Shown: in pieces, positions 28,201 through 37,262 of the stretch | Layout: each line of letters starts with the position of its first letter | How positions within the stretch are numbered: position 1 is the first letter of the stretch | IMG/VR virus record: IMGVR_UViG_3300013121_000019 | Span: 68,375-132,374 of that record | Source: a virus | Lineage: Duplodnaviria > Caudoviricetes | Strand: one strand, 5' to 3' | DNA length: 64,000 bases | Notes under the pieces: model-generated | Database searches by the model: none | The model's input: only the letters and a program-made list of their open reading frames with translations | Told to the model about the DNA's origin: nothing | Program-made: the position numbers and the translations under genes

Positions 28201-28710
28201 ACCGGTTACGTGCTTGCCGGCGTTCAGACCGAGCAGACCGAAGATCGTCGGGCTGCTGGACGACTTGACCTCGAGCGACTGGAAGTCGCCAGTACCTCGC
28301 GTACGGATGCGGGCGCGAGGCGTCTCCTCGTCGACCACTTCCGCGATCGCATCGTGATTGCCGTCGCTGACGAGCTGACGGTTGATCTGGCTGACGAGCT
28401 GTGCAGCCGTCAGACCCGTTCCAACGAACGTCACGATGGTGTCGGGGGCGTTGTTGACCGAGAAGTCCAGATGCAGACCATCGACGTTGTAGGTCTCGGG
28501 GTCGAGGAGTAGAACGGCCGGCAGAGACACCAGCGCGTCGGTGTTGAGCGTGTTGCTGCCGCTGGCCGACGGGACCAGGACATCGACGATCTGCTTGGCG
28601 ACGCCAACGACGCAACCCTTGAGGGTCGGCGTGACGATCGTCGGCGAGACCGACCGGAACACCTGGATGACTTCTACTCCAGGACGCGGAAGCTCTGCGG
28701 GGCTGCTCAT
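25243..28710 (-). CDS. contractile tail sheath protein with inserted repeat domains
   Basis: N-terminal PRPGVEVIQ; C-terminal ..SITKVVDFTAK..FIGRYNI..PFPCNYV; 1155 aa, upstream of tube. Confidence 0.85.
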   Translation of the reverse strand: MSSPAELPRPGVEVIQVFRSVSPTIVTPTLKGCVVGVAKQIVDVLVPSASGSNTLNTDALVSLPAVLLLDPETYNVDGLHLDFSVNNAPDTIVTFVGTGLTAAQLVSQINRQLVSDGNHDAIAEVVDEETPRARIRTRGTGDFQSLEVKSSSSPTIFGLLGLNAGKHVTGQSTYQQYRTAISEKNFPDPRANIAELAVELDTIRAFLYLGSGASVQEVKRTETYLRGGGSPAIATLKSSLLSGLVYATYGTVTGNVDIRAGGGAGLFDGEANDISGLTFTVQLNSTTVRTVTFRANIADETELIEDINNTAGLSGFDQPFASIDDNGYLVLTNPQPGNTPYITIANGTLTVTDLGITTGTTRGVNGDLSNGTLTIRITKGGVNTTINGVFSYPTTANEVVSQVQAFTGFAAKALASLSGGKLAISTLADNTGPTAIVTLTGGTKAATLGFTGGNLSASGTYSVQAVDDGNGDAVTPVVLLSNENLTAAATAAVVEGSGDLSVSQTLTDLEDTTLIISDGRQPQTIVFPAVADGDAVVDAINAVMDDGDGIVADLVNTNYLRLTSQAEGYDGKIKILGGTALTLLGLTVGTTVGSPHPVQAGDELFIDGVSYGLINKVAPGGVTNYVRLSRQLPLTFTGSRFYIIARNLKDPPAAGRPLPNLRVSATGTVTIKHDLLRDTTGNPPASNKASIYLAYHAVRLDLTARAKNAALLSFDDTTQLGNICAPINTQNPMPLGVFFALQNAPGVSINAIGVDEISADEPFGTVAGFTRAAEFLEQFDVYGIAPLTHNPVVHQVFGTHVTTLSEPTNKLERIVLVNQKQPVRRVDTLVASGAQGNLTNNPSLLEFDTGIQNLAALVLAAGLDPTTTIPVEDQLFLDLASDDNAYSIESIDGPIITLRNTFTTGENDDEFFTTDTLTDPLIDETFAIRIRGAALTLTNGDPDKLNMAVTYQQIGQSYGNRRVWMTMPDKTAAIIDGVEQVIEGFYMNAGLVGAISQQPPQLSFTNFPLTGYTRVIGSNGYFTEKQLNIIAAGGVWILVQDSPGAAITTRMALTTNMTSVEARTDSITKVVDFTAKFVRRGLKNFIGRYNINQGFLDTLGQVTQGLFTFLTDAGVLIGASLNNIVQDEAEPDAVLLDSTLDVPFPCNYVRHTLVI

Positions 28711-28732
28711 TCTCGATCTCCTTCAGGTTTCT

Positions 28733-29641
28733 TCAGATCTTCACAGTCGCGCCTGGGACGCTGTTTCCCGAGGATTCTCCCACGCACGTTGTTGCTGTGG
28801 GAAGGACACGTCCGTTGAGAGAAGGCGGTCGAATACCCGGTCTATTGGACGATCCAGCACGAATCACCACTTGCTGCGTGGGGTCTAGTGGATGCGGAAC
28901 TGCCGCACTACAGCTGCCAGTCATCAACGAATCGCCCACATGGCTGCTGATGTGCACAGCCGGATCCGCACCCTGCTGGTATGGGAATCCAGGAGTACGT
29001 CGACGGTTGGTCAGTCCGTTGACCGACATCCCCATCCCGCTGACAACCTTCGACGCCAGCGGCGAGATCTTGTCGGTACGCTGGAACTGAAATGGAGATG
29101 TCACGGTGCAGCAGTACCACTCACGGGCATTATCGTTCGCCACGAGTGAGCCAGCCTGGGTCACGGGGCTGATCCCCATGTTGCGGCCGATCTCGAAGAA
29201 GCCTTGACGGATCAACACGTCGCGCAGGGCCCACAGGTGCTCGAACACGACCCATGCGACGTACTCGGCCTCGAGATCAACCGTGGAGCAACAGTTGATC
29301 GCCATGATGCCTGGCAGCAGGATCGACTTCTTCTTGGCTCCGGTCTCGAAGTTGAAGCTCTGCATGTCGTCGTAGCCAAGATGGCTAGACTGCACGTGGC
29401 TCCTGTTGAACGAGATGGCGGGGCGCTTGCCTACCACCACGGAGTCGATCGGGTTGTCGTCGGAGATGAATATCTCGCCGGTGTTGCCGGGCTCCCAATG
29501 GAGCATCCCGGGCTCCGAGTACCAGAACAGTAGCTGGACGAAGCGAACGTAGACCGACCGCAGATGCTGCAGCGGGTTGTACTTCCAGGAGCTATCGGGA
29601 AAGCCGTCCTGGGGTTCGGTTGTTCTTGAGTTCGTAGGCAC
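28733..29641 (-). CDS. putative tail terminator/completion protein
   Basis: Position just upstream of sheath; RPAISFNR..INCCS..EAEYVAWVV pattern. Confidence 0.55.
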   Translation of the reverse strand: MPTNSRTTEPQDGFPDSSWKYNPLQHLRSVYVRFVQLLFWYSEPGMLHWEPGNTGEIFISDDNPIDSVVVGKRPAISFNRSHVQSSHLGYDDMQSFNFETGAKKKSILLPGIMAINCCSTVDLEAEYVAWVVFEHLWALRDVLIRQGFFEIGRNMGISPVTQAGSLVANDNAREWYCCTVTSPFQFQRTDKISPLASKVVSGMGMSVNGLTNRRRTPGFPYQQGADPAVHISSHVGDSLMTGSCSAAVPHPLDPTQQVVIRAGSSNRPGIRPPSLNGRVLPTATTCVGESSGNSVPGATVKI

Positions 29642-29990
29642 GGCGCATCTCCTCGTCAGACACCTCTTGGCGCTTGCCAGCCAGGTAGCCTGCTCCCCAC
29701 GCTAGCGCGGGACCAACGAACATCGGAAGCTGGCCCAGCGGCATGTGCGGATCGACAGCCAGTGCGGCAGCCCTGCCTCCCATGTAGCCGAGCCCGATGC
29801 CGAGCCCGCTGATCGCGGCCATCTGGATGGCCCGACGGTACGGGTGAGGGGCCTCGGCTTTGGGCGGTTGCGTGTTCACCACAGCGGCCATCTTCTGCAG
29901 ATTACCGCGCAGAAGATTGCGACTGTGCGCGGCCTTCACCAGTGCATCCGCGTGCTCAGGCAGGTACTCGTAGATCGACGGCAGCGTCAT
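29592..29990 (-). CDS. small K-x-A motif protein with Gly-rich TM segments
   Basis: LVKAA, LQKMAA; ISGLGIGLGYMGG and VGPALAWGAGYLAG. Confidence 0.7.
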   Translation of the reverse strand: MTLPSIYEYLPEHADALVKAAHSRNLLRGNLQKMAAVVNTQPPKAEAPHPYRRAIQMAAISGLGIGLGYMGGRAAALAVDPHMPLGQLPMFVGPALAWGAGYLAGKRQEVSDEEMRRAYELKNNRTPGRLSR

Positions 29991-30874
29991 CGAGGATTCC
30001 TGTAGTTGGCGAAGATGTTCTGCAGGTGCAGCTTCTCGAACGACTCGAGGTTCGTGGAGTGCGCGTAGTTGCCAGCCGGGCTTGCCCAGAGATTCCGCAG
30101 TGACTCGTCCATGTTGAGCGGAATCGAGTACTCGACATCTGACTTCGGGATCTCGTGAAGCTCGAGCTCCTGGTGCAGGATGGCCCTACCCTTCTCGGTG
30201 GCCGACACCTTGACCACTCGCCACCGACGGTTCTCGAACTCCACCAGCACGTCGTCCGGCTTGAGGGAGGGGAAGTACCCGCAGCGGGCCGTCGTGTTGG
30301 CCTGGCTGGTGACGGCCAGCGACGATGTCTGCTTGGTCTTCGCAGAAGGATCGATCTGCACCCAGACTTCGATCGGACGCCAGTACCCCCGGATGAACCC
30401 GGTCTGATAGCAGAGCCTGCAGCCAGACCGGGTGATCTTGTTGAGCGTCGTCGACCAACAGCTGCAACGAGGGCCGAACGTCCGGATCGGCAGCACCCAG
30501 CACCGACGGCCCACGAACTCCGCCATCAACAGTTGAATGTGACGGCGGATTTCGAGGGCCATGATGTCAGGATCGGCCTCGTGGGCGACGGGGCCGAAAA
30601 GCGTCTGCTCGTTCGAACGTTTGTCGGTGAGGCGCAGCTGGTAGTAGAGCTGACGCCACTGGTATCCAGCCGGCAGACGGTTGTCGACGAAGAGGTACTG
30701 ATCCTCGAAAGGAGGGGCGAGCGGTTCGAAAGGACCCAGTGGTGACTCGCTCCGCATCATCTGGAACGTGTAGTCGAGGACGTCGCCATGGCCTTCGACG
30801 CGCCAAGAGATCTCGTTGAAGTCGATATCGAGCGACCTCACCCGCAGATCTAGGATGTCGATCGAGCGTGCCAT
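29987..30874 (-). CDS. putative neck/head-closure protein
   Basis: Ig-like N-terminus; RCSCW..GCRLCYQTGFIRGY Zn motif; PSLKPDDVLVE..RWRV. Confidence 0.55.
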   Translation of the reverse strand: MARSIDILDLRVRSLDIDFNEISWRVEGHGDVLDYTFQMMRSESPLGPFEPLAPPFEDQYLFVDNRLPAGYQWRQLYYQLRLTDKRSNEQTLFGPVAHEADPDIMALEIRRHIQLLMAEFVGRRCWVLPIRTFGPRCSCWSTTLNKITRSGCRLCYQTGFIRGYWRPIEVWVQIDPSAKTKQTSSLAVTSQANTTARCGYFPSLKPDDVLVEFENRRWRVVKVSATEKGRAILHQELELHEIPKSDVEYSIPLNMDESLRNLWASPAGNYAHSTNLESFEKLHLQNIFANYRNPR

Positions 30875-32991
30875 CACGACGCTGCACTGGCTGCCTCGGC
30901 GGCCGGCTTCTCCTTGGACTCGAGCAGCTTCTTGATGCTGCTCCAGCCGTGCTCTGCGTCGCCCGAGAGCGACTCCATCGGGCTGTGGTGGGCCATCGCC
31001 TTGGCGGCCGCAGATGCACCGAGACCGAGTGCGCCACCGGCGGTAGCTCCGCGACCGACGGCCTCGATGATGCCCTCTTCTTGGCCGGTCATCGGATCAC
31101 GTTCACGGTTCATGGCCCGCCAGAGACCACCAGCCGCGGCACCAGCCGCACCGGCCGCCGCGTGCGGATGATGCTTGGCGAACTCACGAACCATGTTCAT
31201 GTCGAGCGCCAGCTTCTGAGGCGGCGTTGTGGCGATCTGGTTGGCCGACGGAACAGCCGGCGTAGCGGGTGTTGCTGCAGGTTGCTGGGCGCCCTGGCCC
31301 ATGTTGCCGACAGCGGTTGTGGCCGCTCCAGCGGCGAACGCCTTCACCCGCTCACCCTTGGGGGCCTGGAACGCGTTGATCGCCCCACCCAATGCGGCCT
31401 GCTGAACCTTCGGGTTCCTCATCAGACCCGATGCTGCCGCCAGCAGGTTTGCCTGCTTGGGCATCTTGGTCATGATGCGGCCCGCGGCAGCAGCCATTTT
31501 GTCGAGCATCTGCCGTTCTGTGGACATGCGGAAGTCGTTGCGAGCCAGCTCCCTGCCCATCTGGTCGGCGAAGTCATCGATGGAGGCGGTCTTCGTGTAG
31601 CTGCGCACGAAGTTTTGCGGGTACTGAGTAAACCTGCTGTTGGACATCTCTGCTGCCGGACCAGCGCCAAGTCGAAACTTGTTGTCCATGTTGGCGTTGA
31701 TCGCCAATGCCGTGGAGTCCTGTGAATCGACCGGTCGCGGACCGCCGATAGCTTGCGCCGACCTGCCGAAGAGCTTGTTGTCCACACCCGCCGCAAACGA
31801 CGGGACAGTGCCCCGGCCGCGTGTCGCCGGCACAGACGCATCTCGCATCGTCGATCGAACCCTACGCAGCACCTCATTGGAGCCCGCACTGGTGCTGGCG
31901 ATCCCAGAGATGGCCGAACGGTCCGCCGGACGCAGCCTGCTGACCACGTCCCTCGAAGTGATGTTGCCGGCGGCGATCTGGCGCTGCCACGCGGTGCTGG
32001 CCATCTTGTCGAGCATCTGCCGTTCTGTGGACATGCGGAAGTCGTTGCGAGCCAGCTCCCTGCCCATCTGGTCGGCGAAGTCATCGATGGATGCAACCTT
32101 CCGCGGCGGTCCCTGCGTGAACCTGACGTTGGGGCGGTCCGCATCCTGGACTGGCGGAACGTAGCCACCATAACCGGCCAGTCTCCGGTCCATGTTCTGA
32201 TTGATCCGTAGGGCAGTAGCGTCTTGCGGATCCCTGGGCGCCACGGACGATGGTTGTCTTGCCACGTTCGCCCACCTACCACCAGCCACGGCACCGCTAG
32301 TGGGCTGGGTGAACGCAGCGAACGACTTACGCGAGATGGGGTTCCCCACTGTAGAACCCCACACCGGTACACGCGTAGAGGCCATGCTGCCGCGCACAGC
32401 ACGTGTTACTTCCGGCGCACTTCTTGACTTGAAGTTTATCCAGTCGGTAAGGCCACCATGCCCAGATACGCGGTCAACCACCTCTTTGGACGTGATGTTG
32501 CCGGCGGCGATCTGGCGCTGCCACGCGGTGCTGGCCATCTTGCCGGCGCCCACCGCCCCCATCTCCGGCTGATCCGCGGCCGGCTGGGTGGTGGCGGCCT
32601 GACCTGCGGCCGCAGCCTCCGGGGTCGCGGCTTCACCACCGGCTTCCTGCTGGACCCGCTGGAGATCCAGCATCTTCTTCTTCAAGCGGATCTGCTCGAT
32701 GCGCTGCCAGTAATCCGCCATCGGAGGCGGCTGCTGCATGTCGTGCTGGTTCTTCTCCATCTCGAGCGCGATCTCTTCGTTCTCGAGCGCGATGGCCGAC
32801 TGCAGCAGCGGGGTACCGGTGAACCGCTCGAGCCAGCTCTCACCACGGTCCTCCGCGACCTTCATCAGATCGCCGGACGCTAGCTTCCGCAGTGCCTCCG
32901 CCGGGAGCCCTCGCATCTGCTCGGCGAGCTTCTGTTGACGCTCCTGAGCAGCGTGCTTCTCGACTTCCATCTGTAGGAATAGATCGATCAT
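30874..32991 (-). CDS. K-x-A-rich putative internal head protein with tandem duplication
   Basis: 705 aa; about ten K-x-A sites; duplicated module; C-terminal Gly zippers. Confidence 0.75.
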   Translation of the reverse strand: MIDLFLQMEVEKHAAQERQQKLAEQMRGLPAEALRKLASGDLMKVAEDRGESWLERFTGTPLLQSAIALENEEIALEMEKNQHDMQQPPPMADYWQRIEQIRLKKKMLDLQRVQQEAGGEAATPEAAAAGQAATTQPAADQPEMGAVGAGKMASTAWQRQIAAGNITSKEVVDRVSGHGGLTDWINFKSRSAPEVTRAVRGSMASTRVPVWGSTVGNPISRKSFAAFTQPTSGAVAGGRWANVARQPSSVAPRDPQDATALRINQNMDRRLAGYGGYVPPVQDADRPNVRFTQGPPRKVASIDDFADQMGRELARNDFRMSTERQMLDKMASTAWQRQIAAGNITSRDVVSRLRPADRSAISGIASTSAGSNEVLRRVRSTMRDASVPATRGRGTVPSFAAGVDNKLFGRSAQAIGGPRPVDSQDSTALAINANMDNKFRLGAGPAAEMSNSRFTQYPQNFVRSYTKTASIDDFADQMGRELARNDFRMSTERQMLDKMAAAAGRIMTKMPKQANLLAAASGLMRNPKVQQAALGGAINAFQAPKGERVKAFAAGAATTAVGNMGQGAQQPAATPATPAVPSANQIATTPPQKLALDMNMVREFAKHHPHAAAGAAGAAAGGLWRAMNRERDPMTGQEEGIIEAVGRGATAGGALGLGASAAAKAMAHHSPMESLSGDAEHGWSSIKKLLESKEKPAAEAASAAS
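31493..32542. repeat. intragenic direct repeats (92 bp x2 and 51 bp x2)
   Basis: 31493-31584 vs 32000-32091 (1 mismatch); 31958-32008 vs 32492-32542 (identical). Confidence 0.9.
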
Positions 32992-32992
32992 C

Positions 32993-35050
32993 TCAGTGAC
33001 TCCCGCCGTGGATGTTGCGAAGGTTCTGATACAGCTCGGTCGACTGCTCGCCGATGCGCTTGACTCGATCGTGGATCTCCGGACCCACCATCATGCCGGT
33101 CGTGAACCCACCGATTGCGCCCGAGATGGCGGAGCCGGTCGGATGATCAACAGCTACCTGACGGAACGCCATGCGGGCCTTCGCCTGTGCGAGCTCCATG
33201 GCGGTTCCGAACGTGCCCTCGGTGTCGTGGTGTTGCTGCGCCTCGGCGAGCCGCTGCTTGGCAGGCTCGACGCCGCCGATCGAACTGGCCATCGACGCAC
33301 CAGCGCCGAGGGCAGCACCGGCGGCACCGTACGGTAGCCGGGCCATCAGCTTCTGGCCGACCTGCTCCCAGTACGGGTTGGCCTGCTTGATCCGGTGGGC
33401 CGCCTGCTTGATCGTCACGGTCGTGCCGCCCTGTCCGTGCGGCTTCTTGTCGCCCTGGCCAGGGGCCGGCTGAGGACCGGGGGGCTGTTGCCCAGCCGGC
33501 CCCTGGGGGGCGTCTTGCGCGGCCGGCTGACCCTGGGGGGCCTGCTGCGGTTGCTGACCTTGCTGCGGGTCGCCCTGGGCCGGCTGGAGCTGGCCCGGGG
33601 CCTGGGCACCCATCGCCCCGGGAGCCGCCTGCCCGAGGGCAGCCTGGCCGGGCGGGGGCGCGTTGGCGTTGGCCGCCTGAAGCTGCTGCTCGATGCCGGC
33701 GGCCGGGTCCTGGGCCGCCAGGTCCATCAGGGCCTGCCGGTGCTGCTGGAGGGCGATCCGCATGTTGGCCGCCAGCTGCGTCGACTGCAGGGCCTGCTGC
33801 TGGGCGTTCATGCTGGCCATCGTGGCTTGGCTGGCCGCCTGGTTTGCCATCTGGGCGGTCAGCTGCATCTGCTGGATCTGCTGATCCGACATCTGCTGCT
33901 GCTGCTGGGCCTGCTCGAGCTGCTGTTGCTGCATCTGCGCCTGCTGCGTGAGCTGCTCGGACTTCTGGCGGAAGAACTGCGTCTCGTTCTGCAGCTGCTG
34001 AACAGTGCCCTGCTGCTCCTGCTGGAACAGCGCCCCCATGTCGGGGTTCTCGGGATCGATCGGCGCCTCCGGGGCAGCACCGGTGGCCATGATGTCGTCG
34101 GCGCGCTTGCGGATCAGCATCGACGCCGTCTTGACCGACACGTGCATCTGCTCGCGTGTCTGCACCGGACCGTTCAGCAGCTGTGCCAGCTTCTTCGGGT
34201 CGTTGGAGCGGTGGTTCGTGACGATCCGGTCTCCCTGCCCGTAGTGCTCGAACGACATCGCGGTCTTCTGCTGACCAGGAGCCGACGGAGAAGGCTGCCC
34301 GTTCGGCAGCATCTTGGGCTTCGGCGTCTGCAGAGTCTGGAACACGGCGCGCGAGCGCTGGCTCATCGGCCCGTTGGCAGGATCGTGCGAGACGCCGGGC
34401 GTCGTGATGAAGCTGGGGTGCATCGCGCGCTTCATCGCCGACAGCTTCTGCTGGACCGTGATGGTCGACGGCTGCGTGGCCTGGACAGACGGCATCATCT
34501 GGATGAGCTCGTCCAGGTGATGCTGCTCGTCCTGCATGTACTGCTCGACCGTGAAGCGGGTCGGGTCACTCTCCTCGAGCATCCCGTGGAGCTGGCGCCA
34601 GTCGTCGATCCCTTCCTTCTCGATGTTGATCATCGTCTGAATGATCTCGTGCGGATCACTCGACGGAGGCGGTGCCGGGATGTCGGGCAGGTTCAGCGGA
34701 CCACCGAGCACCGACATGCGGCGCATGATGAACTCCGCGTGGTCGGTCTCCTGGTCCGCGTGGTCGTCGAACTGCTCGGAGATCGCGAAGTGGCTCAGGT
34801 CCTTGAGGGCCTCCGCGTAGGCCCGGTAGGCGTAGATCGAGCGGAACTCGCCCTGAACGATCTTGGCCATCAGGTTCAGCACGTCCTGAGGTACCTGCCC
34901 GCCGGGTGCCGCCGGGTCCTGCAGCATCGCCGGGGTCTGCTGGGCGGCAGGCGCACCGGGGACCGGCACAGCCTCGGCGTGCTTCAGACGGTAGAAGAAG
35001 CTTGCGGCCTCCTCGAGCGGAATCTCCACAGCCAGAAGTCGTTCGAACAT
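32993..35050 (-). CDS. bacterioferritin-like domain fused to Gln-rich K-x-A protein
   Basis: GEFRSIYAY..QETDHAEFIMRRMSVLGGP..IEKEGI..DEQHHLDEL di-iron four-helix pattern. Confidence 0.8.
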   Translation of the reverse strand: MFERLLAVEIPLEEAASFFYRLKHAEAVPVPGAPAAQQTPAMLQDPAAPGGQVPQDVLNLMAKIVQGEFRSIYAYRAYAEALKDLSHFAISEQFDDHADQETDHAEFIMRRMSVLGGPLNLPDIPAPPPSSDPHEIIQTMINIEKEGIDDWRQLHGMLEESDPTRFTVEQYMQDEQHHLDELIQMMPSVQATQPSTITVQQKLSAMKRAMHPSFITTPGVSHDPANGPMSQRSRAVFQTLQTPKPKMLPNGQPSPSAPGQQKTAMSFEHYGQGDRIVTNHRSNDPKKLAQLLNGPVQTREQMHVSVKTASMLIRKRADDIMATGAAPEAPIDPENPDMGALFQQEQQGTVQQLQNETQFFRQKSEQLTQQAQMQQQQLEQAQQQQQMSDQQIQQMQLTAQMANQAASQATMASMNAQQQALQSTQLAANMRIALQQHRQALMDLAAQDPAAGIEQQLQAANANAPPPGQAALGQAAPGAMGAQAPGQLQPAQGDPQQGQQPQQAPQGQPAAQDAPQGPAGQQPPGPQPAPGQGDKKPHGQGGTTVTIKQAAHRIKQANPYWEQVGQKLMARLPYGAAGAALGAGASMASSIGGVEPAKQRLAEAQQHHDTEGTFGTAMELAQAKARMAFRQVAVDHPTGSAISGAIGGFTTGMMVGPEIHDRVKRIGEQSTELYQNLRNIHGGSH

Positions 35051-35059
35051 GCTCGTCTC

Positions 35060-35839
35060 CTACTCGTCGATGACCAGGACCACGGTGTTGTCGATCGTGC
35101 TCGACATGAACTCCAGCGTAGGGCTAGAGCCCCCCGACTTGGAAATGACGGTACCGGAAGCTGCACCGCTGAAACCAAGCAGTGCGTTGGCCTCGTTGGT
35201 TGCAGCGCCCGTCGTTGTCCCTGTCGCCAGACCCAGCAGAGCGGCAGCGTTGCCGCCAACGACCTGCACGGTCTTCGAGTCGCCGACATCAGTGGTCGCG
35301 ATCGACAGGTAGGTGGATCCATAGAGGCTCGCCACGCCCGTGGGGTCGATCACGGCGTTGATCTGGTCCAGCACGTCCTGACGGTTGGTCGGTGCGGCGA
35401 ACGTGACGCCCTTGGCCACGCCGTTGATCTTCAGGTTCAGTACCTTGCCGTCCAGCGTGCCGCCGGCGCCGAACACGAGCTCGTTGACGTCGACGGTTCC
35501 GATCCGCACGGCTGCTCCGCCAGCGCTGGGAGCCAACATCTTCGTGGCGCTTGTCGGAGTCCGCTTGATGAAGCCGATACGCCCACCGAACGACGTCACC
35601 TTCAGGGTGGGCTCAGCAGCCTCGATCTGGCTCTTGATGTCGGTGTACAGCAGGTAGCTGCCGTCCCGGGTCGTCGTCGCGACCGCTACGAACGTGTGGC
35701 TGAACGGCGGCTCTTCGAACGACACCGTCTTTCCGACCAGCGGCAGGCCCACATTGCCCTTGATCGGGCTGCCGAGGATGCCACCGCGCAGAAAGTGAGT
35801 AGCCTCCTCGAGACCAGTGATCTTGATCGTCTTCAGCAT
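35060..35839 (-). CDS. virion structural protein sharing the sheath insertion repeat
   Basis: LNLKING..VTFAAP..VLDQINAVI..YLSIAT..AALLGLATG matches the sheath repeats. Confidence 0.7.
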   Translation of the reverse strand: MLKTIKITGLEEATHFLRGGILGSPIKGNVGLPLVGKTVSFEEPPFSHTFVAVATTTRDGSYLLYTDIKSQIEAAEPTLKVTSFGGRIGFIKRTPTSATKMLAPSAGGAAVRIGTVDVNELVFGAGGTLDGKVLNLKINGVAKGVTFAAPTNRQDVLDQINAVIDPTGVASLYGSTYLSIATTDVGDSKTVQVVGGNAAALLGLATGTTTGAATNEANALLGFSGAASGTVISKSGGSSPTLEFMSSTIDNTVVLVIDE

Positions 35840-35868
35840 GTCGTTGTCCTACGGGTAGAAGAAGCCGC

Positions 35869-36369
35869 TCAGAGGCCGATGTAGGTCGCGTTGGTTGCCC
35901 AGTATTCCGAGTGAACGCCAGTGTCGGAGCCGCCGATCATTGCGGAGATGTTGAGAGCGATCTTGACCCGCTGCTTCATCTGCTCTGTCTTGTTGGCGAA
36001 CAGCTTGATGAAGTTCATCAGCAACGGTGTCTTGTCGTTGGTACCGAGGTTGAGCCCGCCGTCCGAGTAGTTGACGTGGTTGCGCGTCTGCAGCATCGCC
36101 ACCGACTCGATGAGGTTGACCACCGCCATCCGTCGCAGGAGCGCAGCCTGGTGCAGCGACAGAAGGTCTTCTACGGAGTAGCTGGTGATTGGCGGTGTGC
36201 CGTTGAAGTCCTCCACCGCGTCCAGGATGGCCCAGGCGATCTGCCGGTCACTCGACTCTTCTCCACGCAGTAGCCTGTTGAGCTCTGCGAAGTCGCGCGT
36301 GTAGTAGCGGATCTCCTGAACCAGCATTCGAAACGGCTGGCTGGTGCCCGGCAATCCATCGAGGCTCAT
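35869..36369 (-). CDS. putative head-tail connector/neck protein
   Basis: AGGAGG RBS; helical protein with YSDGGLNL motif; downstream of capsid. Confidence 0.55.
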   Translation of the reverse strand: MSLDGLPGTSQPFRMLVQEIRYYTRDFAELNRLLRGEESSDRQIAWAILDAVEDFNGTPPITSYSVEDLLSLHQAALLRRMAVVNLIESVAMLQTRNHVNYSDGGLNLGTNDKTPLLMNFIKLFANKTEQMKQRVKIALNISAMIGGSDTGVHSEYWATNATYIGL

Positions 36370-36641
36370 CGCGTCCTCCTTCTTGTTGGAAGTGGCTGCT
36401 CGTTCTCCAGCGCAACCCTCTGCACGCTTGCCCGCTTGGCCACGACGTACGCATGGGGTGGGCGTTCCACCGCGAGAGCACCGCACTGCACCAGCGGCGC
36501 CATCGCGGCCACGTTCGGGCTGGCTACGTCCATCGATGCGCCGGGCTCGAGCACCACGCCGCCGATGGAGAACGTGTGGTTCACGAGGTGACGTTCCTCG
36601 AGAGCCGCCGTAGCAACATCCGTGAGATTCCAGATGATCAT
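36366..36641 (-). CDS. hypothetical structural protein
   Basis: ATGA coupled on both sides. Confidence 0.65.
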   Translation of the reverse strand: MIIWNLTDVATAALEERHLVNHTFSIGGVVLEPGASMDVASPNVAAMAPLVQCGALAVERPPHAYVVAKRASVQRVALENEQPLPTRRRTR

Positions 36642-37183
36642 CGACGGTTCTTCTTGGACTTCTTGCCGAAGTTGATCGGATCGTGGGGGAAGCGCTGCAC
36701 TAGCGCGTCGGGGATGTCGGTACCGATCGGGGCGGACGGGCCGTCAGGAAGCGCAGGTGCCGGCGGCACATCGTCCAGGGCTGCCTGCGCCGCCTCATCC
36801 GACAGCTCCAGCGGGATGCCCTCGACGAACTGCGGCATCGGGATGCCGATGGGTGTGTCGTTGGCCAGTGTATCGATCCGCTCCTTCGGCGGGGGCTGAT
36901 GCGGCAACGTCGGTGTCGCCGTGAAGGTCGTCAAGTCGACGAGACCGCCATCCATCGTGCGGATCTCGAGGGATCCGTTGGCCACGAGAGCCCTGTACTG
37001 CTCGATGTGCTGCTCGAGCTGGTGCCGGTAGACGACACGCGGGCGCGCGCGCAGAACACGGTCGCCAGTAGGGGTACGCGTTCGTGTGTTGTGTCGCGGA
37101 TTCAGTCGACGCTGCCCGCGGTTGTGCCTGCCGTGCGTGGTGTTGTGGATGAGGTACTTGGTGCTTTCGGTGGCCGAGTTCAT
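36638..37183 (-). CDS. hypothetical protein
   Basis: AGGAG RBS before ATG 37183. Confidence 0.65.
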   Translation of the reverse strand: MNSATESTKYLIHNTTHGRHNRGQRRLNPRHNTRTRTPTGDRVLRARPRVVYRHQLEQHIEQYRALVANGSLEIRTMDGGLVDLTTFTATPTLPHQPPPKERIDTLANDTPIGIPMPQFVEGIPLELSDEAAQAALDDVPPAPALPDGPSAPIGTDIPDALVQRFPHDPINFGKKSKKNRR

Positions 37184-37262
37184 GATCGTCTCCTGAAACG
37201 CATGGGGCGCCGGCGCCGTATGGCACCAGCGCCCCAATGCTGCCACCGCTAGAGGCTGGGCT

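Noticed and set aside
31493-32542. DGR template/variable repeat pair or CRISPR array
   Set aside because: No reverse transcriptase or cas gene in the window; repeats are in-frame coding, only two copies, with no adenine-specific mismatch pattern
33395-35884. Long plus-strand ORFs (829 aa here; also 24952..26817, 26923..28512, 58437..60155, 17672..19129, 39318..40544)
   Set aside because: Antisense shadows of high-GC, codon-biased minus-strand genes; no RBS or recognisable motifs
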